DNA of 64,000 nucleotides from Sedimentisphaerales bacterium (lineage in GTDB: Bacteria > Planctomycetota > Phycisphaerae > Sedimentisphaerales > SM23-30). Positions 1 to 9,666 of the stretch are shown here, piece by piece. The notes below the pieces were generated by a model. That model did no database searches, had not been told where the DNA came from, and saw only the letters and a list, made by a program, of their open reading frames with translations. Numbering within the stretch: position 1 is the first letter of the stretch; each line of letters opens with the position of its first letter. The stretch lies in assembly GCA_963663965.2 (NCBI GenBank), contig CAXXFK010000031.1:137097-201096 (forward strand), written 5' to 3'. The position numbers and the translations under genes are program-made.

Positions 1-1387
1 TTGCATGCGAGGGAAGGGACTATTGTCATCGAGGTATTGGCGCAACTCGATGCGCATCGCGTGCGTGGTATCGCACTGACTCCCACCCCAAGGCCTCGCC
101 CGCGGCATGACGGTGGAAGATACCGGTGGGCCATTGATGGCGCCGGTCGGCAAGGGAATTCTCGCGCGAATGTTCGATGTTTTCGGCCACGCCATCGACC
201 GCCAGGCGGAACTGACCGATGTCCAATGGCGTACTGTTCATCAGGCACCGCCGGCATTAGCCCGGCGCTCCACCCAATCCGAGGTGTTCGAGACCGGGAT
301 CAAAGTCATTGATGTACTGGTACCGCTCGAACGAGGCGGTAAGGCGGGTCTCTTTGGTGGAGCCGGGGTGGGAAAAAACCGTCTTATTGACCGAAATGAT
401 TCACAATATGATCGGGCACCAGGAAGGTGTCAGCATATTTTGCGGCATTGGCGAACGGTGTCGCGAAGGCGAAGAGCTTTACCGCGACATGAAGGAGGCG
501 GGCGTTTTATCGGATATGGTGATGATTTTCGGGCAAATGAACGAGCCGCCGGGCAGCCGTTTTCGCGTGGGCCATGCCGCGCTGACGATGGCCGAGTATT
601 TCCGGGACGATGAGCATCGCGATGTCCTGCTGCTGATCGACAATATTTTTCGCTTCATCCAGGCTGGTATGGAAGTGTCGGGCCTGATGGGGCAGATGCC
701 ATCGCGGTTGGGCTATCAACCGACCATGGGGACGGAGTTGTCGCGGCTGGAGGAACGCATTGCCAATACCGATGCGGGCGCCATCACCTCCATTCAGGCG
801 GTGTATGTCCCGGCGGACGATTTGACCGACCCGGCGGCGGTGCATACCTTTTCGCATCTCTCTGCTTCGATTGTCCTGTCACGCAAGCGGGCGAGCGAAG
901 GACTTTATCCGGCAGTCGATCTGTTGCAATCCAGTTCCAAAATGGCCACGCCCGGCATTGTCGGCGACCGCCATTATCTTCTGGCACAGGAAATCCGGCG
1001 AACGCTCGCGCAGTATGAAGAACTCAAGGATGTCATTGCCATGCTGGGCTTGGAGCAACTGGCGTCGGAAGATCGCAATGTCGTTGCCCGCGCCCGACGA
1101 TTGGAGCGATTCTTTTACCCAGCCTTTTTTTCGCCACCGAGCAGTTTAGCGGCATCAAAGGGAAACTCGTCAGTCTCAAGGATGCGCTCGATGGCTGCGA
1201 ACGAATCTTGCACGATGAATTCAAAGATTACCCGGAAAGCGCGCTCTATATGATCGGGGCGATTGGCGAAGCCGTGAAAAATAAACCGCCCGGCCGACCC
1301 AAAACCAAGGCTGGTTTGCAGTCTGAGTCCGAAACGAAACCCAAACCGGAGGACGATCATGCAACCATCGATACCCATGACGCTTAA
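1..1387 (+). CDS. atpD: N-ATPase (F-type) subunit beta; 5'-partial, split by about four single-base frameshifts
   Basis: Joining frames gives ...GIALTPTQGLARGM...[30 protein letters not shown]...[10 protein letters not shown]...[10 protein letters not shown]...PSRLGYQPT...[11 protein letters not shown]...TQPFFATEQF...[10 protein letters not shown], with stop TAA at 1385-1387. Shifts fall at ~85-92, 373-378, ~1114-1117 and 1125-1131, all in homopolymer runs. Confidence 0.95.
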
Positions 1388-1766
1388 GGTTCTGCTGCCG
1401 TTTGGAATCTATGCCGAGAAAACCGATGTTTTGCGCATCGTTGCCGAAACCCGCCAGGGCTCGTTTGGACTCCTGCCGCACCGGCTTGATTGCGTGGCCG
1501 CGATTGCTCCTGGAATTCTGATCTACGAAACCAAAACCGAGGGCGAGTTTTATGTGGCCGTCGATGAAGGGGTGTTGGTCAAGACCGGTTTAAATGTACT
1601 TGTTTCCGTACGCAATGCCATTGGCGGAACAGACCTCGGCCAACTACGGGAAGCGGTGGAGCAGGAGTTTATGCTCCTGAACGAACGGGAGCAAAGCGTT
1701 AACGTGGCAGTCGCAAAAATGGAAAGCGGTTTCATCCGCCGCTTAGTGGAGTTTAATCATGAGTGA
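1359..1766 (+). CDS. atpC: N-ATPase subunit epsilon
   Basis: RIVAETRQGSFGLLPHRLDCVAAIAPGIL motif; follows atpD; GGAGGA RBS. Confidence 0.92.
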   Translation: MQPSIPMTLKVLLPFGIYAEKTDVLRIVAETRQGSFGLLPHRLDCVAAIAPGILIYETKTEGEFYVAVDEGVLVKTGLNVLVSVRNAIGGTDLGQLREAVEQEFMLLNEREQSVNVAVAKMESGFIRRLVEFNHE

Positions 1767-2097
1767 CAAATCCCAAAACAAGCTTTTGAAGACGAAGCCG
1801 TCGTTCAGTCAGGAAGTCGGTGCGAAGGCGGCGCGTAAGCTTAAGGCGCGGCGCCACGCGACGCAGGGCGTCTGGTTTGGCATGGGGATGATGGGGCTGA
1901 TCGGCTGGTCGGTGGCGGTTCCGACATTGCTCGGTGCGGCGTTCGGTATTTGGCTGGACAATCGACATTCCGGCAGCCACTCCTGGACGCTCATGTTGCT
2001 GGTGTTCGGCCTGGTAATCGGTTGTTGGAATGCCTGGCATTGGGTATCCAAGGAAGACCAAGAAATGCGAATGGAACAGGAGGATGACGATGAATGA
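1759..2097 (+). CDS. atpQ: N-ATPase AtpQ (AtpZ/AtpI-like membrane protein)
   Basis: KAARKLKARR...WFGMGMMGLIGWSVAVPTLLG...SWTLMLL...GCWNAWHWV; operon position. Confidence 0.88.
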   Translation: MSDKSQNKLLKTKPSFSQEVGAKAARKLKARRHATQGVWFGMGMMGLIGWSVAVPTLLGAAFGIWLDNRHSGSHSWTLMLLVFGLVIGCWNAWHWVSKEDQEMRMEQEDDDE

Positions 2098-2401
2098 AAC
2101 GGTGACATTGTTGTTGGCATTGACGGCGGGCTTTTTGCTCGGGGTACTGTTCTTTGGCGGCCTTTGGTGGACGATTCAGAAAGGGGTTTCGTCTCAACGG
2201 CCGGCGCTGTGGTTTTTCGGCAGCCTACTATTGCGGATGGGCATCACTCTGACGGGATTTTACCTGGTCGCCGACGGTCGTTGGGAGCGGCTAACAGTAA
2301 GCCTCTTGGGATTTATCATGGCCCGTCTGCTCATAATGCGGCTCACTCGGGCGGCGGATAAACCAACTTGCTTGACACAGGAGACCAGCCATGCGACTTA
2401 G
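2090..2401 (+). CDS. atpR: N-ATPase AtpR membrane subunit
   Basis: GVLFFGGLWWT...WFFGSLLLR...SLLGFIMAR with the conserved helix Arg residues; AGGAGG RBS before ATG 2090. Confidence 0.88.
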   Translation: MNETVTLLLALTAGFLLGVLFFGGLWWTIQKGVSSQRPALWFFGSLLLRMGITLTGFYLVADGRWERLTVSLLGFIMARLLIMRLTRAADKPTCLTQETSHAT

Positions 2402-3125
2402 TCCCGACGAAATTGTGTACTGGCAACACGGATTCTTCAAGCTCAACGCCACCATTGTCTTTACCTGGGTACTGATGCTCGTACTGGCCGTCGGCTCAAA
2501 AGTCATTACGCGCAAGCTCTCCATTGACCTGAAGCGTTCCCGCTGGCAGAATTTACTGGAAATCATCGTCTCCGGCATCGAAAAACAAATTATCGAAGTT
2601 GGCTTAAGTCAACCGCGAAACTATCTTGGTTTCCTGGGCACGCTCTTTCTGTTCGTCGCCGCCGCCAGTCTTGGCACGGTCTTCCCCGGCTACGAACCGC
2701 CCACCGGGTCGCTCTCGACCACGACGGCGCTTGCGCTGTGTGTGTTGGTGGCCGTGCCATTCTTTGGGATCAAGGATCAGGGGGTGGGCAACTACCTTAA
2801 CTCCTATCTGAAGCCAACCATCATCATGCTGCCGTTTAATATTATCAGTGAAATTTCGCGCACACTGGCCCTGGCCGTCCGCTTGTTCGGCAATATGATG
2901 AGCGGGGCGATGATTATCGGCATTTTGCTTACGATTACGCCCTTCCTCTTCCCGATTGTTATGACAGTTCTCGGTCTGCTCACCGGCATGGTGCAGGCCT
3001 ATATCTTCAGTATCCTGGCCGCGGTTTACATCGCGGCCGCCACCCGTGTCCGTAAACCCAGGCATAAACCGGAACGCGCGACTAGAAGCAAAAATATTAT
3101 CAACGAAAGGATCTCTCATGGATAG
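2391..3125 (+). CDS. atpB: ATP synthase Fo subunit a
   Basis: PPTGSLSTT, LPFNIISEISRTLALAVRLFGNM, QAYIFSILA. Confidence 0.96.
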   Translation: MRLSPDEIVYWQHGFFKLNATIVFTWVLMLVLAVGSKVITRKLSIDLKRSRWQNLLEIIVSGIEKQIIEVGLSQPRNYLGFLGTLFLFVAAASLGTVFPGYEPPTGSLSTTTALALCVLVAVPFFGIKDQGVGNYLNSYLKPTIIMLPFNIISEISRTLALAVRLFGNMMSGAMIIGILLTITPFLFPIVMTVLGLLTGMVQAYIFSILAAVYIAAATRVRKPRHKPERATRSKNIINERISHG

Positions 3126-3399
3126 CATGACACTTATCGCGGTGGCATCCATTGTCACTGCCGGCATTACCACCGCGTTTGGCACCATGGCCCCGGCGTT
3201 GGGTGAGGGCAGGGCGGTCGCAACGGCGTTGAGTTCACTGGCACAGCAGCCTGATGCCTCGGCCACCATCACCCGAACCTTGTTTGTGGGTCTGGCGATG
3301 ATCGAGTCCACGGCCATCTATTGTTTCGTGGTCTCGATGATTCTCATCTTCGCCAACCCGTTCTGGAACCATGTCATCGCCCAAGCCACAGGAAAGTAA
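3118..3399 (+). CDS. atpE: ATP synthase Fo subunit c, Na+-type
   Basis: PALGEG...AQQP...GLAMIESTAIY; start ATG 3118 after AAGGA. Confidence 0.96.
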   Translation: MDSMTLIAVASIVTAGITTAFGTMAPALGEGRAVATALSSLAQQPDASATITRTLFVGLAMIESTAIYCFVVSMILIFANPFWNHVIAQATGK

Positions 3400-3403
3400 A
3401 CCT

Positions 3404-4240
3404 ATGTTAATCGATTGGTTCACGGTGGGAGCGCAGCTAGTCAACTTCGCCATCTTGGTGTGGTTGATGAAACGCTTTCTTTATCAGCCCATTCTCCATG
3501 CCATCGATGAGCGGGAGAAGCGGATCGCCGCGGAACTCGCGGACGCCGGCGCCCAAAAAGCTGAGGCCCAAAAGCAGAGCGACGCCTTTCAGATCAAAAA
3601 CGACGCGTTCGAACAACAGCGCGCCGCGCTCTGGAGCAAGGCGACCGTCGAGGCGAAGGCCGAACGACAGCGGCTCCTTGACGAAGCCCGGGATGCGGCG
3701 GCGGCGCTGCGTTTAAAACAACAGGAAACGCTGAAAACTGACGCCCATAACCTGCAGCAAGCCCTCAGTCATAAAATACGGCAGGAAGTATTTGCCATCA
3801 CGCGAAAAGCGCTGACGGATCTCGCCACGACGAGTCTGGAAGAACGCCTGGGGGAGGTGTTCACACGCCGCTTGGGCGAGATGGACGGCAAGGTGAAGGA
3901 AAGTCTGGCCGGAGCCTTCAAGACGGCGTCAGGCCCCGCCTTGGTGCGCAGTGCGTTTGAACTGCCCGCAGAGCAACGAGCAGCGATACAAAATGTGCTC
4001 AATGAAACCTTGGCGGCCGACATTCCCGTTCGGTTCGAAACCGGGCCAGACCTGATCGGCGGGATCGAACTGACTACAAATGGACAAAAGGTGGCATGGA
4101 GCATTGCGGATTACCTCGCGGTGATGGAAAAGGATATTGATGAATTTCTGAAGGAACAGGACAAACCCATAGTCCCAGCCAAACCCAAACCGACAGTGCC
4201 GGAACCAAACAGTGTCGCCGCAGCATCCGGCTTCAAGTAA
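3404..4240 (+). CDS. atpF: N-ATPase subunit b with delta-like C-terminal extension
   Basis: MLIDWFTVGAQLVNFAILVWLMKRFLYQPI, a coiled coil, then DLIGGIEL...KVAWSIADYL. Confidence 0.93.
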   Translation: MLIDWFTVGAQLVNFAILVWLMKRFLYQPILHAIDEREKRIAAELADAGAQKAEAQKQSDAFQIKNDAFEQQRAALWSKATVEAKAERQRLLDEARDAAAALRLKQQETLKTDAHNLQQALSHKIRQEVFAITRKALTDLATTSLEERLGEVFTRRLGEMDGKVKESLAGAFKTASGPALVRSAFELPAEQRAAIQNVLNETLAADIPVRFETGPDLIGGIELTTNGQKVAWSIADYLAVMEKDIDEFLKEQDKPIVPAKPKPTVPEPNSVAAASGFK

Positions 4241-4413
4241 AGATATACGCATCGCGTAGGATGATTCCTGGATCGCCCGGATTTAACTGTCTTCCACGCA
4301 ATCAGTTATCTCACGGCGAAACGGTAAATCTCAATTGAGAGTATATCTTGGCCATCTTGTGCAATATTTCATTGGTAAGAGTCTAAAGAATCCAACCCTG
4401 AAACGAACAATAA

Positions 4414-6057
4414 ATGAACATGGAACCCGAGAGTCTTCAGTGGGGTATTGACCGCGCATTTGCCGGAATTGGCAAGGTGCGGGAAGCGTTTACACCACAA
4501 TTAACCCCACGAGAGGTGGGTACGATTACCAGTATTGCCACCGGCATCGCCAAGGTTTCCGGGCTTCCCGGCGTTGGTTATGATGAATTGGTGAGCTTTC
4601 CCGGGAATGTGTCCGGTATTGCGTTCAATGTGGACGAGCATGAAATCGGCGTCGTTTTGCTGGGTGAATACTGGCGCCTCCAGGCGGGGGACGAAGTACA
4701 GCGCACGGGCCGGGTCATGGATGTGGCCGTGGGCGATGGTTTGCTGGGGCGCGTCATCAATCCGCTCGGCGAGCCACTGGATGGCAACGGACCAGTGGTC
4801 GATGGCGAGCGCCTGCCCATCGAACGGGTCGCCGCCCCCATCATGGATCGCGCGCCTGTCAGAACACCCCTTCAGACCGGCATTAAAGTCATCGATGCGC
4901 TTATTCCGGTTGGGCGCGGCCAGCGCGAGTTGATTCTCGGCGACCGCCAGACGGGCAAGACCGCCATCGCGATTGACACCATCATCAACCAGCGGGACCA
5001 GAATGTCCTGTGCATCTATTGCGCCATCGGTCAGCGCGCGTCCGCCGTGGCGAAGGTTGTGGCAACCTTGCGGGGAAAGGGGGCCATGGATTACACCGTC
5101 GTCGTCGTAACCGAGGGCAATGATCCGCCGGGACTTGCTTACATCGCTCCGTACGCTGCGACCAGCATTGGGGAATATTTTATGGAAGCCGGCCGGGATG
5201 TGCTGATCGTTTACGACGATCTCACCCAACATGCCCGCGCTTACCGCGAACTGTCCCTTCTGCTCCGCCGGCCACCCGGACGCGAAGCGTTTCCCGGCGA
5301 CATTTTTTATATCCACTCGCGGCTGCTGGAGCGTGCGACGCACTTGGGCAAGGAACTCGGTGGCGGCTCCCTGACCGCCATGCCCATTATCGAAACCGAA
5401 GCACAGGATATCTCCGCCTATATTCCAACCAACTTGATCTCCATCACGGATGGGCAGATCTACCTTTCGCCCTCGCTGTTCGAATTGGGCGTCCTGCCTG
5501 CGGTGGATGTCGGGAAATCGGTTTCGCGCGTTGGCGGCAAGGCGCAACGATCAGCCTACCGTGCGGTCGCGGGTAACCTCAAGCTGGCCTATGCTCAGTT
5601 TGAGGAGCGCGAAATATTTTCCCGCTTTGGCGCCCGGCTGGATGACGAAGCCCGTCAGATTATCGAGCATGGACGGCGCATTCGCGCCTGCCTCAAACAG
5701 CCGGAATTCGCCCCGGTGTCCGTACCCGCGCAAATCGCCGTACTACTGGCATTGGCCACGGAACTCTTCGACCAAGTGCCTCTTGACCAGATGATGGACG
5801 CTGAGCATGCCGTGCATGAGGCGGCGGCGACCATTCCGGAGGATGTGGGCGAACGGCTGGATACCGTCGACGCTTTAAGCGACGAGGATCGACAAACACT
5901 TATCGGAATTGCCCGCCGGGCGCTCGAAAAATTCCAGCATAAGGAGGAGACGGTCGCGGAATATGTACATAAGACCAGGCAGGAGGGTGAAGAGAATATA
6001 AAAGCCAAAGATGAGCCAGAACCTGAGTTTAAGAGGGTGTCCGAGGAGAAGCCATGA
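4414..6057 (+). CDS. atpA: ATP synthase F1 subunit alpha
   Basis: [41 protein letters not shown]. Confidence 0.97.
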   Translation: MNMEPESLQWGIDRAFAGIGKVREAFTPQLTPREVGTITSIATGIAKVSGLPGVGYDELVSFPGNVSGIAFNVDEHEIGVVLLGEYWRLQAGDEVQRTGRVMDVAVGDGLLGRVINPLGEPLDGNGPVVDGERLPIERVAAPIMDRAPVRTPLQTGIKVIDALIPVGRGQRELILGDRQTGKTAIAIDTIINQRDQNVLCIYCAIGQRASAVAKVVATLRGKGAMDYTVVVVTEGNDPPGLAYIAPYAATSIGEYFMEAGRDVLIVYDDLTQHARAYRELSLLLRRPPGREAFPGDIFYIHSRLLERATHLGKELGGGSLTAMPIIETEAQDISAYIPTNLISITDGQIYLSPSLFELGVLPAVDVGKSVSRVGGKAQRSAYRAVAGNLKLAYAQFEEREIFSRFGARLDDEARQIIEHGRRIRACLKQPEFAPVSVPAQIAVLLALATELFDQVPLDQMMDAEHAVHEAAATIPEDVGERLDTVDALSDEDRQTLIGIARRALEKFQHKEETVAEYVHKTRQEGEENIKAKDEPEPEFKRVSEEKP

Positions 6058-6947
6058 GCGATTCCACAGCGAGTCTGCGCCGAAAGATCGGTGGCGCCAG
6101 GGATCTTCAATCCGTTGTTCGCACCATGAAGGCCGTGGCCGCCTCAAGCATCGGACAATACGAGAACTCGGTGCGGGCATTGGCCGACTACTTTCGCACG
6201 GTGGAACTCGGGTTGGGCGCTTGCCTGCGGGAAAGCGGGCCGCCCCCCCCGGTGGCAGAACGAAAAAGCCAATTGGGTACGCACGCGATTGGCGCGGTTG
6301 TATTCGGTTCGGACCAAGGACTGGTGGGACAGTTTAACGATGTGGTGACCGATTACGCGGTCGAGACGCTGGCGGCGCTGACCGCCAAGCCTGTGGTATG
6401 GGCCATTGGCGAACGCGTTCATGCACGCCTGTCGGACGCGGGCCTTCCATTGACAGGACTTTTTACCGTACCGAGCTCCGTAAAGGCCATCGTTCCGCTC
6501 GTTGGCCAGATTATCATAGAAAGCGAAATTCGCCTTAACCAGGGTGAAATCGCCGAACTCCTTCTTATCTATAACCGTCCGGTGTCCGGAGCCGTTTATA
6601 CGCCCATAGTCCAATATCTGTTGCCGTTGGACGAAAAATGGCAAAGCAAACTGGTGGCACTGCCCTGGCCGACAAAAAGCCTACCCGAGGCGATGGGGGG
6701 TGGTATCGAACCCCTGCGGGCGTTCATTCGCGAATATCTGTTTGTCTCGCTTTTCCGCGCGTGCGCCGAATCTCTTGCCAGCGAAAATGCCAGTCGCTTG
6801 GCGGCGATGCAACGCGCTGACAAAAACATCGACGAATTACTGGAAGATCTCAACGGATCTTTCCATCGTTTACGCCAGAGTGGCATTGATGAGGAGTTGT
6901 TTGATGTGATCTCCGGCTTCGAGGCGCTGAGCGGAAAGGAAAAATAA
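6054..6947 (+). CDS. atpG: ATP synthase F1 subunit gamma
   Basis: [44 protein letters not shown]. Confidence 0.96.
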   Translation: MSDSTASLRRKIGGARDLQSVVRTMKAVAASSIGQYENSVRALADYFRTVELGLGACLRESGPPPPVAERKSQLGTHAIGAVVFGSDQGLVGQFNDVVTDYAVETLAALTAKPVVWAIGERVHARLSDAGLPLTGLFTVPSSVKAIVPLVGQIIIESEIRLNQGEIAELLLIYNRPVSGAVYTPIVQYLLPLDEKWQSKLVALPWPTKSLPEAMGGGIEPLRAFIREYLFVSLFRACAESLASENASRLAAMQRADKNIDELLEDLNGSFHRLRQSGIDEELFDVISGFEALSGKEK

Positions 6948-7085
6948 TATCAATGGCCATAATGAGGGGTTTGAGTAATAATGGCACGGACAGCGATGTT
7001 CATGGCCAGGCGGATTCGACTTTCACCCGGACTCTTGTGTTTTCAGGGTATCCAATTGCACCGCAATCAGTGAAAGCTCCAAAGA

Positions 7086-7325
7086 TCAACCGCCATTATC
7101 CTGACTCTTTGCCCATTTGATAGCATACCGGAGCAGATCCGCGGCATTCAACAAATCCAGCTTTTCCCGGATGCGCAAGCGATATGTTTCGATGGTTTTT
7201 GGGCTCAGAAAGAGTTTTTTGGCGATCTGGGTGGTCTTACTGCCTTCACCGATCAGACGGAATACCTCGATTTCCCGGTCGCTTAGCGTTTCGATCGGCG
7301 TTTTGGCCGGGCATACGCCATCGCG
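7086..7325 (-). pseudogene. C-terminal LuxR/NarL HTH fragment of a response regulator (receiver domain missing)
   Basis: Manual minus-strand translation: PIETLSDREIEVFRLIGEGSKTTQIAKKLFLSPKTIETYRLRIREKLDLLNAADLLRYAIKW...GG*; no start codon or N-terminus. Confidence 0.85.
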
Positions 7326-7328
7326 AGC

Positions 7329-8302
7329 GATGGCATGAACCTGGTGGGCGAGCAGGGCAAAGGCGAAAGCGTCTGGCTGGGATTTTTTCTATACGATGTT
7401 CTCATGCGCTTCGCTGAACTGGCCCGTGCGCATGGGGATGAATCATTCGCTGAAACTTGCACCCAGGAAGCGGCGGGGTTAAGCCGTCAGATCGCGAGAC
7501 CCATGGCTGGGATGGCGGTTGGTACCGTCGTGCTTACTTCGATGATGGCACCCCACTGGGTTCGTCCAACAATATCGAATGCCGGATCGATTCGATTGCG
7601 CAAAGCTGGTCGGTACTGTCAGGTGCGGGCAATTCCGAACGGGTGCGTCTGGCCATGGACGCGATGGATGTGCACCTCGTTCGCCGTGAGCATGGGCTGA
7701 TCCAACTGCTGGCTCCGCCCTTCGACAAGTCACCGCTGAATCCCGGTTATATTAAAGGCTATGTCCCTGGCGTGAGAGAGAATGGCGGCCAATACACGCA
7801 TGCAGCCATATGGGCGACGATGGCCTTTGCGCGTCTGGGTGACAATCGACGCGCCTGGGAGCTTTTCAACATGATCAATCCGGTGAACCATGCCAGATCG
7901 GCCCGGGAGATCGCCATCTACAAAGTGGAACCCTATGTCGTAGCGGCCGATGTCTATGCCGTGGCGCCACATACCGGTCGGGGTGGCTGGACCTGGTACA
8001 CCGGTTCTGCCGCCTGGATGTACCGGCTGATCGTCGAATCGCTCCTGGGACTCAGCTTGGAAGTGGATAAACTACGATTTACACCCTGTCTCCCAGCAGA
8101 TTGGGAGGGCTTCAAACTCCATTATCGCTATCGGGAGACACTTTACCATATCGCTGTTCAGCAAGTACCGCCTGTAGAGCATATGATATGCGTAATCCTG
8201 GATGGTCATGAACTGTCCGATGAGACCATCCCGTTGGTTGATGACCGTAAGGAACATTGGGTCGAGTTAAAACTGCCTTTAGTGGACGGCACCGTTAAGT
8301 AA
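7329..8302 (+). pseudogene. C-terminal fragment of a GH94 glycoside phosphorylase / cyclic beta-1,2-glucan synthase (NdvB-like), one frameshift at ~7480-7500
   Basis: DGMNLVGEQGKGESVWLGFF, WDGGWYRRAYFDDG, DSIAQSW, PGVRENGGQYTH, GRGGWTWYTGSA; begins inside the DWNDG motif. Confidence 0.9.
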
Positions 8303-8346
8303 AATTCATAACCATTTATTTGTCGTACGGTGCAAATACTCCGCGG

Positions 8347-8703
8347 CTAACTACTTGTCAATATGATAGTTGTTTTCAATAATTCTGTCTGTTGCGTGAC
8401 CACCTTGCCCTCATGCCTCAAAAGCACCAACGCGATAAACCACCAGATCAGGTCTCGCTGGAGATTGTCAATCAGGGCCGGTATCTTGCGAAAATTCACC
8501 GGCTCCACCTCCAAGACTCCGGTGATATGAGCCTGATACCAGTGGTAATCGAACCGATTTTCCCGCTGCCAGGTCTCTGTAACTCCGGTACCCACCAATT
8601 CATTCGACACCGCTTCCAGGCCGGGAATTGCATTAAAATCAATTCCCGCCAGGGTAATCGCCTCCGACCGCTCGGGCAGGACCACAGATTTTTCCCACTC
8701 CAT
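8347..8703 (-). CDS. Hypothetical protein or fragment (118 aa)
   Basis: Open frame next to the IS66 end; no family recognised. Confidence 0.3.
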   Translation of the reverse strand: MEWEKSVVLPERSEAITLAGIDFNAIPGLEAVSNELVGTGVTETWQRENRFDYHWYQAHITGVLEVEPVNFRKIPALIDNLQRDLIWWFIALVLLRHEGKVVTQQTELLKTTIILTSS

Positions 8704-8735
8704 CTATTGATGTCGCTGGCGTGTGTCGTTGTTCC

Positions 8736-9666
8736 GTGTCCTTTCGGCAAGGGTGAAAAATCTTAAAAATCCCCAAAATTGCCAGGCGGCGATTGGTGAG
8801 GGCAGATGGTTAGGTGGGAATATCATGCCGGTGCACTTGCCTGGAGGGTTTTCTGGTAGTTCCAGGGTAGCCATTGGGCGGGTTCGGCGGTGAGGCGGGC
8901 CTGATTTTTCTGCAATGCGGTCAGGTAGTCGAACGGATTGACCTCATTTAACTCACAGGTATGGATCAGACTCATATAGAAGTCACCCACCCGGGCCCCG
9001 GTCTCGGTCTTATAAAAGTAGGCGTTCTTGCGATGCAGAATCGCCTTCTTCAACGCCCGTTCACAGATATTATTGTCCAGCGGCGCGCCCGGCTGGCGCA
9101 AAAACAGCGTCAGTTCCTGCCAGTGGTTCTGCATATATTGGATCGCCTCGCCCAGCGAACTGTTGGGCTCCACCAATCGCTGATCGATCTGCTCATGCAG
9201 CCAGGCTTCCAGCTCCGCCATCTTCGGACCACTGTATTGCTGATGCCAGGATAATCGTTCCTCGTCCGTTATCCCTTTCGCCTCGTCATCGATGCGATAG
9301 ACCTCTTTCAAAAGCTCCAGCACATACCGGCATTCATCCGGGAAGCTGACGGCCGCCTGCACAAAGCCACGCCGGCCATGGACCAGGCAATGGCCCACGA
9401 GCGTCTTCATCTTCTCGGGCAGGTTGCGGCTCAAGGCATCGCACATCTGCAACGGCTTATCCAGACGCTCATCGCGCCGGCGCAGCAGCTCGGCCAGGTT
9501 CTCACCGGCGTGCCGACGGCCGGTAAAGAACAACGCAATCCGTTTGTTGTCAACCGACACCGAGATGATGCCGGAAGTAAACAGCCCTTTGCGGCCCGAC
9601 AGCGGATCCGGCGGATTTAAGATCTTCATGCCCGTGTCGTCGTTGTGAAGCGTTTTACCCTGAGCC
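8736..9666 (-). mobile_element. IS66-family remnant: 3' half of the TnpC transposase plus a probable terminus
   Basis: AQGKTLHNDDTGM...HAGENL...CLVHGRRGF...EPNSSLGEAIQY...PLDNNICERALK...SLIHTCELNEVNPFDYL...WLPWNY (ORF 8823-9629, extendable to ~9666); putative terminus GTGTCCTTTCGGCAA at 8736. Confidence 0.85.

Noticed and set aside
4501..5547. 348-aa minus-strand ORF (also 2604-3317)
   Set aside because: Antisense shadows of GC-rich atpA and atpB/atpE; no recognisable motifs.
7117..7338. 73-aa plus-strand ORF
   Set aside because: The real coding signal is the LuxR HTH fragment on the minus strand.
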